This document shows, in pieces, positions 51,352 to 61,918 of a stretch of DNA of 64,000 nt. Below the pieces are notes generated by a model that saw only the letters and a list, made by a program, of their open reading frames with translations, ran no database searches and was not told the DNA's origin. Numbering within the stretch: the stretch's first letter is position 1; each line of letters begins with the position of its first letter. The DNA lies in NCBI GenBank assembly GCA_951813565.1, contig OX638351.1:3136001-3200000 (forward strand). Direction: 5' to 3'. Made by a program: the position numbers and the translations under genes. This stretch comes from an uncultured Poribacteria bacterium (GTDB lineage Bacteria; Poribacteria; WGA-4E; WGA-3G).

Positions 51352-53139
51352 ATGAAAAATATAAGCCGCCGTACCGTGAAATCTATAACGCGTAATGCGT
51401 TGATTATTTCAATGGTACTCCATTTATTCTTTCTGATTACGCTGTTTTATTTTTCTGTCAGTGATCAATCTCTCTTATCTTTTCAAGACAAGATTGCTGT
51501 AACACTATCAACGGCACCGAAACCGCCATCAAAGATGCCGATGAAACCACCAATACGACAACAGCGCCCAACAGCCACCTATGATGCAGTAACACCAATT
51601 GCCAAAATTGAATCGATCAACCCACACATTGCGTTTCAACCTCGTCTTGCGCCTACGGAACCCGTTATTACAGAACAACCACGACTCAAACAGACAAATA
51701 CAGCACCGGACGTGAAAGTAAATATCAGCACCGCGCTCAACGAACTGCGTCAAGTTGAAAATGGCTTATCAAAGACAGAGGCAGCAGAGCCAACAATAGG
51801 AAGTTCTTTCGGTTCAAAACGTTCCGGTATGCTGGGTGTTCAACGCACACCAACTCCTACTAAACTTGATATTGGGGGCACAATAGATGCGGATGATGAT
51901 ATTCCAACTATTGCAGATCTCCAAGAGAAAAAACCGCCTTTACCATATATTCCTTTTGGCACCGTTATGGAGAACATCGCAAGAGAAATTGTAGAAACAA
52001 GCAATGGCGGACCGATTGATGTTGTTTTTGTCATTGATGCCAGCGGTAGTATGGGCGATAATATTGAGGCAGTTGCTGAACACCTAACAGATATGATTGA
52101 TGTCTATAAATCTTCAGATATTGATTACGCACTCGGTTTAACACAATTCTCCACACGTCATCGTCAGAATTCACGAAAAAAGCAAAATGATATTGAAGTA
52201 TTTCAATTGACCCAAAGTTTAGCAGAATCCAAACGGAATATACATGCAATTGTACCTCGTAGAGACGAAAACGCATTGGATGCTATTGCGCAGACAGTCA
52301 ACCAAATGCGGTTCCGTGCCACATCCAAAAAACATCTCATTCTTGTCACGGATGAACCATTCACCAGTCTTGAAGGTTTAACAATAGATGACTCAATCGC
52401 TCTATGCCGCGAGTTCGGTATTTATGTTAACGTCCTTGGTTTACCAAACGAAAATCATAGACTACTTGCATCTGCTACGAATGGCAAATGGCATGCAATT
52501 CCCAAAGATCCAAAAAAGCGACAGGTACAACGACGCAATAAATCCTTAACAGAAAAAGTAAAAACTCAATTGCTTAGAAAAACACATTGGCGAAACGTCC
52601 AGAAGATCAGCAAGACATTGCTGCGAAACTCTGGAAATACACCAGTAGATGTTGTTTTATTCATTGATGGGAGTAAAAGCATGGAAGATAAACTCCCACA
52701 GTTTTTACAACAACTCAATGTTTGGGTTCTGGACTGGGAAAAAGCACTCATTGACTATCAGATAGGTGTCGTTAGGTTTCGGACACGTGCTTCCGTTGAC
52801 ATAGTGAATGTATTCAATCCACCACAATCTCTTGATCAGATCCACAAAATTGTTGAACTGCCATGTCGAGAAAATGAGAACCTGCTACATGCTATTACTG
52901 AAGGTTTACGCCGTATTAAGCTCCGTCCGGATGCGCAAATACATCTCATTCTCGTTACAGATGAACCTGTAAGTAAAAACTCACCCTCATCAGGCGTAAT
53001 TCAGTTCTTAGAAGAAAAACAGGCTGTTGTAAGTGTTGTTGGAACTTTTGATGATTTTCAAGAAGAAGTGACAATTAAAACTGGTGGTGTGTGGGTGCCG
53101 ATTCCAGAGGGACACACAACTAATCACATGCACTGGTAA
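51352..53139 (+). CDS. Membrane-anchored double vWA protein, copy 2
   Basis: Paralog of copy 1; DASGS and DGSKS. Confidence 0.85.
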   Translation: MKNISRRTVKSITRNALIISMVLHLFFLITLFYFSVSDQSLLSFQDKIAVTLSTAPKPPSKMPMKPPIRQQRPTATYDAVTPIAKIESINPHIAFQPRLAPTEPVITEQPRLKQTNTAPDVKVNISTALNELRQVENGLSKTEAAEPTIGSSFGSKRSGMLGVQRTPTPTKLDIGGTIDADDDIPTIADLQEKKPPLPYIPFGTVMENIAREIVETSNGGPIDVVFVIDASGSMGDNIEAVAEHLTDMIDVYKSSDIDYALGLTQFSTRHRQNSRKKQNDIEVFQLTQSLAESKRNIHAIVPRRDENALDAIAQTVNQMRFRATSKKHLILVTDEPFTSLEGLTIDDSIALCREFGIYVNVLGLPNENHRLLASATNGKWHAIPKDPKKRQVQRRNKSLTEKVKTQLLRKTHWRNVQKISKTLLRNSGNTPVDVVLFIDGSKSMEDKLPQFLQQLNVWVLDWEKALIDYQIGVVRFRTRASVDIVNVFNPPQSLDQIHKIVELPCRENENLLHAITEGLRRIKLRPDAQIHLILVTDEPVSKNSPSSGVIQFLEEKQAVVSVVGTFDDFQEEVTIKTGGVWVPIPEGHTTNHMHW

Positions 53140-53171
53140 TGCTTTAAGAGATTCGTTGATGAGGTAAAATA

Positions 53172-54311
53172 ATGAAAAATATAAGCCGCCGCACCGTGAA
53201 ATCTATAACACGTAATGCATTGATTATTTCAATGATTCTCCATGGATTCCTTATGATTACGCTATTTTATTTTTCTGTCCGTAACCAATCTCTCTTATCT
53301 TTTCAAGACAAGATTGATGCAACAATTGATACAGTACAGAAACCACCGTTATCAAAGAAGCCGATAAAGGCTCCAATATATCAGCAGCAAAAAACAACTG
53401 TGTTTGAAGCGGCAAAAATATCAATTGCGAATGTTGAATCAATTGCTCCGCAAATAACATTTCAATCCCATATTTCACCTACGTCACCCGTTATTGCGGA
53501 AAAATTACAACTGAAGCAGACAAATACTGCGTCAGACGTAAAAGTGAACGTCAGCACCGCGCTCCGTCAACTCCGTGACGCTGAGAATGGGTTATCAAAA
53601 GTAGAACCGACAGTAGATAGTTCTCTCGGTTCAAAACGTTCCAGTGGAGTGTTCGATATTCAACGTACGCCTACCCGTTCTATGCTTGATTTTGCTGAAA
53701 CAATAGGCGGTAGTGGCATAGCACAAATAGGTGATATCTTTGAGAACAAACCTTCTTTACCTAATAATCAATTTACCGATGTTATGAGGGACCTCGCGAG
53801 CGAAATTATTGCAACAAGTGATGGTGGGCCTATTGATGTCGTTTTTGTTATTGATGCCAGCGGTAGTATGAGTGACAACATTGAGGCAGTCGCTAATCAT
53901 GTAATTCAGATGATTGATGTATACCAATCCTCTGGTATTGACTATGCTCTCGGATTAACAGAATTTTATATGTTTGGACAGAGAAATGCTATTCATGTTC
54001 TTCAATTGACGCAAAATTTACAAGAATACAAAAAGGATATACGTGCGATTTTTTCTCGCCGCGGCGAAAATGCATTGGATGCTATTGCCAAAACTATCAG
54101 AAAAATGCGGTTCCGTGCTACATCTAAAAAACATCTTATCGTTGTCACCGATGAACCTTTCACAAGCATAGAAGGCAGGACAGTGTCCGACACAATCGCG
54201 CTCTGTAACGAGTTCGGTATCTATGTCAACGTGCTCGGGCTTCCAAGCGAGGAACATCAATTACTGGCTGCAAGGACTCAAGGTAGTTGGTACGCTATCC
54301 CTGGAAACTAA
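53172..54311 (+). CDS. Membrane-anchored single vWA protein, copy 3
   Basis: Paralog that ends after the first vWA domain. Confidence 0.82.
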   Translation: MKNISRRTVKSITRNALIISMILHGFLMITLFYFSVRNQSLLSFQDKIDATIDTVQKPPLSKKPIKAPIYQQQKTTVFEAAKISIANVESIAPQITFQSHISPTSPVIAEKLQLKQTNTASDVKVNVSTALRQLRDAENGLSKVEPTVDSSLGSKRSSGVFDIQRTPTRSMLDFAETIGGSGIAQIGDIFENKPSLPNNQFTDVMRDLASEIIATSDGGPIDVVFVIDASGSMSDNIEAVANHVIQMIDVYQSSGIDYALGLTEFYMFGQRNAIHVLQLTQNLQEYKKDIRAIFSRRGENALDAIAKTIRKMRFRATSKKHLIVVTDEPFTSIEGRTVSDTIALCNEFGIYVNVLGLPSEEHQLLAARTQGSWYAIPGN

Positions 54312-54446
54312 TAGCTTACCGATAGTACAACAACCATAAGCAGAATCGCTTAGAAATGTGCACATTTTACCTATGGTGAATACCATAAACATACCTTGCC
54401 CTGATTTCGTTGAGGTCGTAAAAAGGCAGACCATGTAAACACACAC

Positions 54447-54606
54447 TATAGTAAAACCTATAATTAATGGGACACTTCTGTAGCGCAAACTTTTAGTTTG
54501 CGTCTCATAAGGCACAAACTAAAAGTTTGTGCTACAACTTCTATTGTCCATTATCTTTCCAAGACAAGTTTATCAAAGTGTCCCAATAATTTCAAAGTTC
54601 ACTATA
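54447..54606. mobile_element. IS630-like MITE carrying a REP pair
   Basis: ~31-bp imperfect TIR (tatagtaaaacctataattaatgggacactt vs tatagtgaactttgaaattattgggacactt). Internal gtagcgcaaacttttagtttgcg doublet. Confidence 0.8.
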
Positions 54607-54657
54607 AATACGGTTTTTAGGCAAGTTGGATTTCAAATAAATAAAAAGAGATAAATA

Positions 54658-55263
54658 GTGAAAATTGCGGTTCTCGTTTCAGGAAGCGGAACCAATCTGC
54701 AAACCCTGATTGAGCAGTTACATGAAGACGAAGCCAGCGGTATTGAAATCGCAGTTGTAATTAGTGATCGTCAGAAAGCCTACGCACTGACGCGGGCAAA
54801 ACGTGCTGGTATCCCAACACAAATTGTCAGGACCCAAGACTTTGAAAACCGCATTGCATTTGATGCGGCAATTTCAAAACACATTGAAAACTATTCGGTT
54901 GAACTAATTGTGCTTGCAGGTTTTATGAAGTTGTTTCAACCACCATTCGTCCGCAAATATCGCAATCGGATAATTAACGTACATCCAAGTCTGTTGCCTG
55001 CTTTCCCAGGCGCAACGCCTGTCGCTGATACTTTGGCTTACGGTGTTAAGGTGGCAGGTGTTACTGTGCATTTCGTTGACGAAAACATAGATACAGGACC
55101 AATTATCGCACAGACAGTTGTTCCAGTTTATGATACAGACGACGCAGAGAGTCTACACAAACGGATTCAGATTGAAGAGCACAAACTTTATCCGAAAGTG
55201 ATAAAACGTTACGCGCAAGGCAAGTTGAAAGTTGATGGGCGGAAAGTTATCAAAATAACTTAA
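54658..55263 (+). CDS. purN: Phosphoribosylglycinamide formyltransferase
   Basis: SGSGTNLQ, LAGFM, INVHPSLLP, TVHFVD..DTGPII. Confidence 0.96.
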   Translation: MKIAVLVSGSGTNLQTLIEQLHEDEASGIEIAVVISDRQKAYALTRAKRAGIPTQIVRTQDFENRIAFDAAISKHIENYSVELIVLAGFMKLFQPPFVRKYRNRIINVHPSLLPAFPGATPVADTLAYGVKVAGVTVHFVDENIDTGPIIAQTVVPVYDTDDAESLHKRIQIEEHKLYPKVIKRYAQGKLKVDGRKVIKIT

Positions 55264-55335
55264 GAAATATAAGACTCCCAAACGCAAATTCTGGACCTTA
55301 CTTCGGCTTTTCTACCTTGTAAATTTTAAAATATA

Positions 55336-56262
55336 ATGTTAGCAATTTCAACAATGTGGAACGCTTTGAAGCAACCGGATGGCGCTGCGCTGTTTGATGA
55401 GTTGAAGGATCTCGGTTTTGATGCTATTGCGCTTAGTCGCCATCTTACGCTTGAACAAGTAGAGCAACTCAAACTAGTGCTTCGGGACATCGGACAAATA
55501 CCGCCTTGTGCTATCCAAAATTTTTGCCCAATTCTCCACGGAACTTTACAATCCGAAGCTGAAAACGACAAAATCCTGCTTTCCAGCCTTGATAATGATG
55601 AGCGGCAGGTGGCAATTCGTAGAACCGTTCAAACGATGGAGCTTGCCGTTGAAATGGAAATCACAACAGTGGTGATCCGTCTCGGTGAAGTGGATACCTA
55701 TGATAGGTCTTATCTCATGACTGATCTTTACGAGTATGGCGAGCGTGAGTTTGAGGCATTCAACAAAAAAGTGGCTGAAGCAACAGAATGGAGAAAACGT
55801 AAAGAGACAAAACATCACGATGCCGTGCTGCGAAGCCTTGATGAACTAAATGAAAGGGCACTCAAAATGGAACTCTGCATCGCGATTGAAAATCGTCCTC
55901 GCTATTACCAAATTCCAAATTTTGATGAAGTTGGGCTATTTTTTGATGAATTTTATGGTAGCCCGATGCGCTATTGGCACAACGTCGGACATGCAGCTTT
56001 GCAGGAAAAACTCGGACTTTGTTGGGCACATGAATGGCTTGAAATATATAACGAACACCTCATTGGTGTGACACTGCACGACCTACAAGGACTTGAGGCT
56101 TACCACCCACCTGGCAGCGGCGACTTGGACTGGGATGAGTTGTTTACACAGATACCATCAGATATTATGAAGGTAATCGAAATTCGGCATGGAGAAACGG
56201 AAGCGGTGATACAGGCAAGAGAATTATGCGAATCGCTTATGAATACACAGGATGAAGTATAA
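55336..56262 (+). CDS. Sugar phosphate isomerase/epimerase family TIM-barrel protein
   Basis: IAIENRP, WHNVGHA, LHD, HPPGSGDLDW. Confidence 0.75.
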   Translation: MLAISTMWNALKQPDGAALFDELKDLGFDAIALSRHLTLEQVEQLKLVLRDIGQIPPCAIQNFCPILHGTLQSEAENDKILLSSLDNDERQVAIRRTVQTMELAVEMEITTVVIRLGEVDTYDRSYLMTDLYEYGEREFEAFNKKVAEATEWRKRKETKHHDAVLRSLDELNERALKMELCIAIENRPRYYQIPNFDEVGLFFDEFYGSPMRYWHNVGHAALQEKLGLCWAHEWLEIYNEHLIGVTLHDLQGLEAYHPPGSGDLDWDELFTQIPSDIMKVIEIRHGETEAVIQARELCESLMNTQDEV

Positions 56263-56354
56263 CCTGTCGTTGCACCGAAATCACCACATTTAAAAATAAA
56301 ATTTATAATACGGATTACGTTAGTTTTGTTATAAAAGATTAAACTTTTATTGAC

Positions 56355-56505
56355 CAGGACTTACGCAAAATGAGCAGAAAAAGGAAATATTGGACTTAAA
56401 AAACCGTAATTTCGGTATTTTATCTCCCCATACGCTATCGCTATGGGGCCCGCCCGCTAAATCCCCCTTATCAGAGGGACTTTAAGAAAAAGTGCGTAAG
56501 TTCTG
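56355..56505. mobile_element. MITE, CAGGACTTACGCA family (inverted copy)
   Basis: Near reverse complement of 29862-30011; ATTGAC duplication. Confidence 0.85.
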
Positions 56506-56620
56506 ATTGACAAAATTGTATCCATTTGCAATAATAGATGATATAAATAGTCAAAATTAGACTATCTCTCAAAACAACCACTTCATTCCTAAATGACGAT
56601 GTTCAGTAGGAGGTATCTAA

Positions 56621-57478
56621 ATGTTTCGAATATTAACGAAAGTCAACAATCTCAAACTTCCAATACTTCTTTTTTATATCGCTTTGTTGCTATTAATGTT
56701 TGTATTAAATATCCCCGTAGAAGCACAACGCGATGAAGGAACAGTTGCAGGAATCTGGACTTTCGACGATGGTACAGCAGATGACACTTCAGACCAAAAT
56801 TTGAATAGTACTACCGTTGGAAACCCAGAGTCCGTTAACGGAATCGTAGGAAAAGCTTTGAAATTCAACGGAGAAAGTGATGGTATAAAGATTCCGGACT
56901 CTCCCAGAATCAATATCACAAACATATTTACTAATCGGACGGTCGCAGCATTTTTTAACTGCAATGATGTCAACAAGGATCAAAAACAAGTAATTTTTGA
57001 GGCAGGCGGTCAGACGCGTGGATTAGCTATATATGTGTTTAATAGTAAACTTTATGTTGGAGGTTGGAATCGCGCTGAGTATAACTGGCCCGGTGCTTGG
57101 CCATCCGTGGACATCAAGTCAAACACTTGGTACCACGTTGGCTTGATCATCCGTGACGCTGCTGGCGCGCTGGAAGATGACAAGTTTGAAATGTGGCTTG
57201 ATGGAAAACTTATCGTAAAAGAAAAGGGAGGCCAACTCCATCCACATGCTGATGATACCGGTATTGGGTTTCTCAATCAAAATTCTTTTTATCATGATGG
57301 TGGACGTGGTGCTAATAACATGGACTGGTTTGGTGGTTTAATTGACGAAGTTATTGTCTACGGTTCGGCTTTTACTCAAGCAGATTTCACACAGATCTCA
57401 AAATCGTTGAGTGTAGAACCACAAGGAAAGCACACAACCACTTGGGGAAATTTGAAAGTCCAACGGACACAAGATTAA
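56621..57478 (+). CDS. Secreted LamG-like protein
   Basis: WTFDDG..DTS, GKALKFNG, WYHVG; tail VEPQGKHTTTWGNLK. Confidence 0.85.
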   Translation: MFRILTKVNNLKLPILLFYIALLLLMFVLNIPVEAQRDEGTVAGIWTFDDGTADDTSDQNLNSTTVGNPESVNGIVGKALKFNGESDGIKIPDSPRINITNIFTNRTVAAFFNCNDVNKDQKQVIFEAGGQTRGLAIYVFNSKLYVGGWNRAEYNWPGAWPSVDIKSNTWYHVGLIIRDAAGALEDDKFEMWLDGKLIVKEKGGQLHPHADDTGIGFLNQNSFYHDGGRGANNMDWFGGLIDEVIVYGSAFTQADFTQISKSLSVEPQGKHTTTWGNLKVQRTQD

Positions 57479-57485
57479 TTTTTTT

Positions 57486-57571
57486 CAGGACTTACACGAA
57501 TTGGCAGATCGTGACGATATTCATTGCACATCTCCAAAAAAGATGATGATCACCAAAATTACGTAAGTCTT
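57486..57571. repeat. Degenerate short CAGGACTTAC-family MITE
   Basis: caggacttacac ... acgtaagtctt between the LamG paralogs. Confidence 0.5.
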
Positions 57572-57619
57572 ATCATTCCAATGCGGACGAGGTTCCGCTT
57601 TTACAAGGAGCAATATAAA

Positions 57620-58450
57620 ATGACTAAGTTCATCTCTATTTTAAGTGTTTTACTCATGCTAATAGCCGTATCAATCTATGCTGCGAGAGACGAAGCAACT
57701 GCCAGAGCAATTTGGACTTTTGATGAAGGTGATGCCGCAGACACTTCCGGTAACGATGTCAACGGAACGTTCGCTGGCGAACCTGAAGTTGTCGACGGTA
57801 TTGTTGGAAAAGCACTACAGTTTGATGGCGTAGACGATGGTGTCAAACTGCCGGATTCAAACGGTCTCAACACAGGTGGGCCTTTTACTGACCGAACTAT
57901 TGCTGCTTACTTCAAATGTTCTGATGTCAGTATTACGGACCATAAACAAACGATTTTTGATGAAGGCGGACGTACCCGCGGTTTTGTCGTCAATGTCTTT
58001 GATGGACAAGTCTACGTCGGGGCGTGGAATCGTGCTGAATACCAATGGGCTGGGGCATGGCCCTCTGCTCCTGTCGAATCTGACAAATGGTATCACGTTG
58101 CACTTGTCCTTCGAAACACTACTAATGCCGTTGAAGATGACAAATTTGAGATGTGGCTAAATGGTGAAATGATTGCAAGTGAACCCGGTGGTCAGCTATT
58201 CGCACACGGGGACGATACCGGTATAGCGCATACTAATGCTAACGCCGTTTTTCATGATGATGATGGTACTGGTACCAACATTCACTACTTCGGTGGTGTT
58301 ATCGATGAAGTTATTGTTTATAACTCCGCTTTTGATGCTGATGATTTCGCTGAATATGCAGAAGTGATTCAGGCTACTACAAGTGTTGAACCACAGGGTA
58401 AATTTACCACTACGTGGGGAACGTTAAAAGCGCAACGGACGAGACAGTAA
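57620..58450 (+). CDS. Secreted LamG-like protein (paralog of 56621)
   Basis: RBS aaggag; tail VEPQGKFTTTWGTLK. Confidence 0.85.
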   Translation: MTKFISILSVLLMLIAVSIYAARDEATARAIWTFDEGDAADTSGNDVNGTFAGEPEVVDGIVGKALQFDGVDDGVKLPDSNGLNTGGPFTDRTIAAYFKCSDVSITDHKQTIFDEGGRTRGFVVNVFDGQVYVGAWNRAEYQWAGAWPSAPVESDKWYHVALVLRNTTNAVEDDKFEMWLNGEMIASEPGGQLFAHGDDTGIAHTNANAVFHDDDGTGTNIHYFGGVIDEVIVYNSAFDADDFAEYAEVIQATTSVEPQGKFTTTWGTLKAQRTRQ

Positions 58451-58502
58451 TAGCCAGTATCTTCATAGAAAATTGACGAACACATGTTTTTCTTTGTTCT
58501 AC

Positions 58503-58540
58503 AGCACGGTAGTTTTCTGACTACCGTGCTTCTTTATTTA
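58503..58540 (+). terminator. Rho-independent terminator
   Basis: agcacggtag-N8-ctaccgtgct plus a T-rich tail. Confidence 0.7.
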
Positions 58541-58677
58541 TGTGCATAATTTACACGTTCGTTGCCAAAATGACACAACCCGTGCCACGTTGTACCACCC
58601 CTCTGTGTTCTGTTGTCCGAATCAGATGTAGGGCAAAGTCTCTGTGCCTCAGCCCTGCCAAACCTAACAGACAAAAT

Positions 58678-58693
58678 TGGCACAAATTTTGCT
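58678..58693 (+). promoter_or_regulatory. sigma54 (-24/-12) promoter of clpB
   Basis: TGGCAC-aaatt-TTGCT, an exact consensus about 40 bp before the ATG. Confidence 0.7.
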
Positions 58694-58734
58694 CTCAACA
58701 TATAGGACATTAGAAAGATACAAGGAGAAGAAAA

Positions 58735-61323
58735 ATGAGATTAGACAGATTCACAATTAAAGCACAAGAGGCACTACAATCAGCACAAACTTTAGCCAGC
58801 GAGGCGCAAAATCCAGAACTTGGGGTTGAGCATCTGATGCTTTCCCTCATTAAACAGACAGACGGAATAGTAGCACCAATTTTTCAAAAATTAGGGGTAG
58901 ATATTCAAGGGATTATATCGGCACTTGAGGATGTCGTACAGAAGGCGCCCAAAGTACAAGGAGTAAGTTCGGAACTACACATATCAAGACCTTTACAATC
59001 TGTTCTTGAGACTGCTCTCAAAGAAGCAATAACACTCAAAGATGAATATGTCAGCACAGAACACCTCTTAATCGCCTGTGCAGAATCAAAAAAGAGTGAA
59101 GTCGGGCAAATTCTACGCGATGTTGGTGTAACGAAGGATAAAATCCTCAAAGCTCTCGTAGATATCCGCGGCACACAACGAATAACCGATCAGAATCCCG
59201 AGGACAAATATCAAGCACTCACCCGATTTGGCAGGGAACTCACGCAAGAATCGATGTCTGGTAAGCTTGATCCGGTTATTGGGAGAGATGATGAAATTCG
59301 ACGTGTGATGCAAGTGCTATCCCGTAGACGCAAAAATAATCCTGTGCTTATCGGTGAGCCTGGCGTCGGAAAAACTGCGATTGTAGAGGGATTAGCACAA
59401 CGCATCGCGGATGGTGACGTGCCAGAAAGTCTGCGGGAAAAACGGCTCATCGCTCTTGATTTAGGAGCGCTGATCGCGGGCAGTAAATATCGTGGGGAAT
59501 TTGAGGACAGACTAAAAGCGGTCCTCGCTGATGTAGAACAGGCAGAAGGACAGGTTATCCTCTTTATTGACGAACTTCATACCATTGTTGGTGCAGGTGC
59601 TGCAGAAGGGGCGGTTGATGCGTCTAATATGCTCAAACCGGCATTAGCACGAGGCGAATTGCGATGCATCGGTGCAACAACGCTTGATGAATACCGTAAA
59701 CACATTGAAAAAGATGCTGCCTTAGAACGACGATTCCAACCTGTTCAGGTACAAGAACCGTCCGTTGAGGATACGATAGCGATTCTACGCGGGTTAAAGG
59801 AACGGTACGAAACACATCACGGCGTTCAAATCCAGGACAATGCAATCGTATCTGCTGCCACCCTCTCAAAACGGTATATTTCTGATCGCTTCCTGCCAGA
59901 TAAAGCAGTGGATTTAGTGGATGAAGCAGCAGCTCGGCTGCGGATTGAGATTGACAGTGTACCAGAACAAATTGATGAAGTAGAACGGCGCATTATCCAA
60001 CTCCAAATGGAACAGCAAGCACTGGAAAAAGAGGATGATGGCGTATCTAAACAACGTTTAGAAAAATTGAACGCTGAACTTGCAGAACTAAAAGAGAAAG
60101 TAGATGCCCTCAAAGCAGGTTGGCAAAATGAAAAAGCAAACCTGATACAGATTCGAGAGTTGATGGAACAAATTGAGGCACTCCGCATTGAATCTGAGCA
60201 AGCAAAGCGCAGCGGTAACCTTGCAAAAGCGTCTGAACTTGAATACGGCAAAATACCTACGCTTGAATCGCAACTCAAAACTTTGCGAGAGGCGGTTGAA
60301 ACAGATGCTAATGGCACACAAATGCTAAAAGAACGTATGAGCGCAGAAGATATTGCTGAGATTGTAGCTAAATGGACCGGTATTCCTGTTTATCGCCTCA
60401 TGGAAGGCGAAACACAAAAACTGCTTCACATGGAAGAACGGTTGTGTGAACAGGTTATTGGACAGAATGAGGCGGTTTCCGCTGTCTCCAACGCGATTCG
60501 CCGTTCCCGTGTTGGTCTTGGGGATCCGGATCGACCACTCGGTTCATTTCTCTTTATGGGACCTACCGGTGTCGGCAAAACACATCTTGCTAAATCGCTT
60601 TCAGAATTTCTATTTGACGATGTAAACGCCATCGTCCGCATTGATATGAGCGAATACATGGAGAAACATACCGTTTCTCGACTCATTGGCGCACCACCGG
60701 GGTACGTAGGCTATGACGAAGGTGGGCAGTTAACCGAAGCGGTCAGACGACATCCATATTGTGTGATTCTGCTTGATGAAGTTGAAAAAGCTCATCCAGA
60801 AGTATTCAATGTTCTACTCCAAATGCTTGATGATGGTAGAATGACAGATGGACAAGGACACACGGTAGATTTTAAGAATACGGTTGTTATCATGACATCT
60901 AACATTGGTAGCCAGTGGATTAGCGACACACATCTCGCTACAGAAGAAATTCGGCGGAAGGTAATGGATGCTTTACAAGCACACTTCCCACCAGAATTCC
61001 TGAATCGTGTGGATGATCTAATTATTTTTGATCGTCTTGGAATTGATGAATTGAAGCAAATTGTAACGCTTGAACTTTCCAAACTAAGTGTCCAATTTGC
61101 TGAAAAGGATATGACACTAACGTTAACCGAATCGGCAAAAGAAGAATTGGTTAAACGCGGATTTGATGCAGTATATGGCGCCCGTCCGCTTCGACGGACG
61201 CTTCAACGGGATATTCTCAACCCGTTGGCTATTGATATGCTTGAAGGCAACTTCCATGATGGCGATGTCATTGTTGCAGATTTTGCAAGTGAAAAGTTCA
61301 TTTTCAGCGTTGAAAAAGTTTGA
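58735..61323 (+). CDS. clpB: ATP-dependent chaperone ClpB
   Basis: Clp N domain, two AAA+ modules ([16 protein letters not shown]), coiled-coil M domain. Confidence 0.97.
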   Translation: MRLDRFTIKAQEALQSAQTLASEAQNPELGVEHLMLSLIKQTDGIVAPIFQKLGVDIQGIISALEDVVQKAPKVQGVSSELHISRPLQSVLETALKEAITLKDEYVSTEHLLIACAESKKSEVGQILRDVGVTKDKILKALVDIRGTQRITDQNPEDKYQALTRFGRELTQESMSGKLDPVIGRDDEIRRVMQVLSRRRKNNPVLIGEPGVGKTAIVEGLAQRIADGDVPESLREKRLIALDLGALIAGSKYRGEFEDRLKAVLADVEQAEGQVILFIDELHTIVGAGAAEGAVDASNMLKPALARGELRCIGATTLDEYRKHIEKDAALERRFQPVQVQEPSVEDTIAILRGLKERYETHHGVQIQDNAIVSAATLSKRYISDRFLPDKAVDLVDEAAARLRIEIDSVPEQIDEVERRIIQLQMEQQALEKEDDGVSKQRLEKLNAELAELKEKVDALKAGWQNEKANLIQIRELMEQIEALRIESEQAKRSGNLAKASELEYGKIPTLESQLKTLREAVETDANGTQMLKERMSAEDIAEIVAKWTGIPVYRLMEGETQKLLHMEERLCEQVIGQNEAVSAVSNAIRRSRVGLGDPDRPLGSFLFMGPTGVGKTHLAKSLSEFLFDDVNAIVRIDMSEYMEKHTVSRLIGAPPGYVGYDEGGQLTEAVRRHPYCVILLDEVEKAHPEVFNVLLQMLDDGRMTDGQGHTVDFKNTVVIMTSNIGSQWISDTHLATEEIRRKVMDALQAHFPPEFLNRVDDLIIFDRLGIDELKQIVTLELSKLSVQFAEKDMTLTLTESAKEELVKRGFDAVYGARPLRRTLQRDILNPLAIDMLEGNFHDGDVIVADFASEKFIFSVEKV

Positions 61324-61384
61324 AATGGATTGAAATCTATCCAAATTTCATGGTATTCTATTATATAATCCAAGTTGCCACCTA

Positions 61385-61558
61385 TGTAGCACAAACTTTT
61401 AGTTTGTGCCTATGAATACGCAAACTGAATGAAGATAAATTTTTAAATTCGGTAATTTTCTGTCCGCACAAGGCAGGTGTCCACTTCTGCTGGCGAGGTT
61501 TCCTAACCTCGCTAAATTACCGATTTATTTTATTAAACTTCATAAAGTTTGCGCTACG
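61385..61558. repeat. REP doublet interrupted by a small TIR element (61429-61543)
   Basis: Same doublet as 54479-54537. Insert atgaag..ttcggtaattt ... aaattaccga..cttcat. Confidence 0.65.
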
Positions 61559-61666
61559 ATATGTCACAAATAATGAACTTTTCTCGAATTAAAAATGGCG
61601 TCTGCAGGTCTAAAATCTTATAGGTAGCAACTTGGATTATATACTTGAATTCACGGAGAAATAACG

Positions 61667-61918
61667 GTGGAACACCCAAACTGGACAAAAGACGATTCCC
61701 GCAGAGCCAAGCATATCTGGGCAGAGTACCAAAAACAACACGATATTACTGAACGGATCGGGCAGACAGCTGGGATTGATCCGAAAAGTGGCAGGATTTG
61801 GTTCGGGGACTCTGCCCTTGAGATTGTCCAGCAACGTCTTGCTGAAGGATTGACTTCCCCTCTTTTCTTTGAGCGAGTCGGTTATGCCTCCTACTTACGT
61901 AAGGGTGGACGTCGATGA
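61667..61918 (+). CDS. Small hypothetical protein coupled to an aspartyl protease
   Basis: RBS ggag; ATGA overlap with the next gene. Confidence 0.65.
   Translation: MEHPNWTKDDSRRAKHIWAEYQKQHDITERIGQTAGIDPKSGRIWFGDSALEIVQQRLAEGLTSPLFFERVGYASYLRKGGRR

Noticed and set aside
59826..61082. Long antisense ORFs over clpB and other genes
   Set aside because: These are shadow frames of well-supported genes, with no motifs or RBS.
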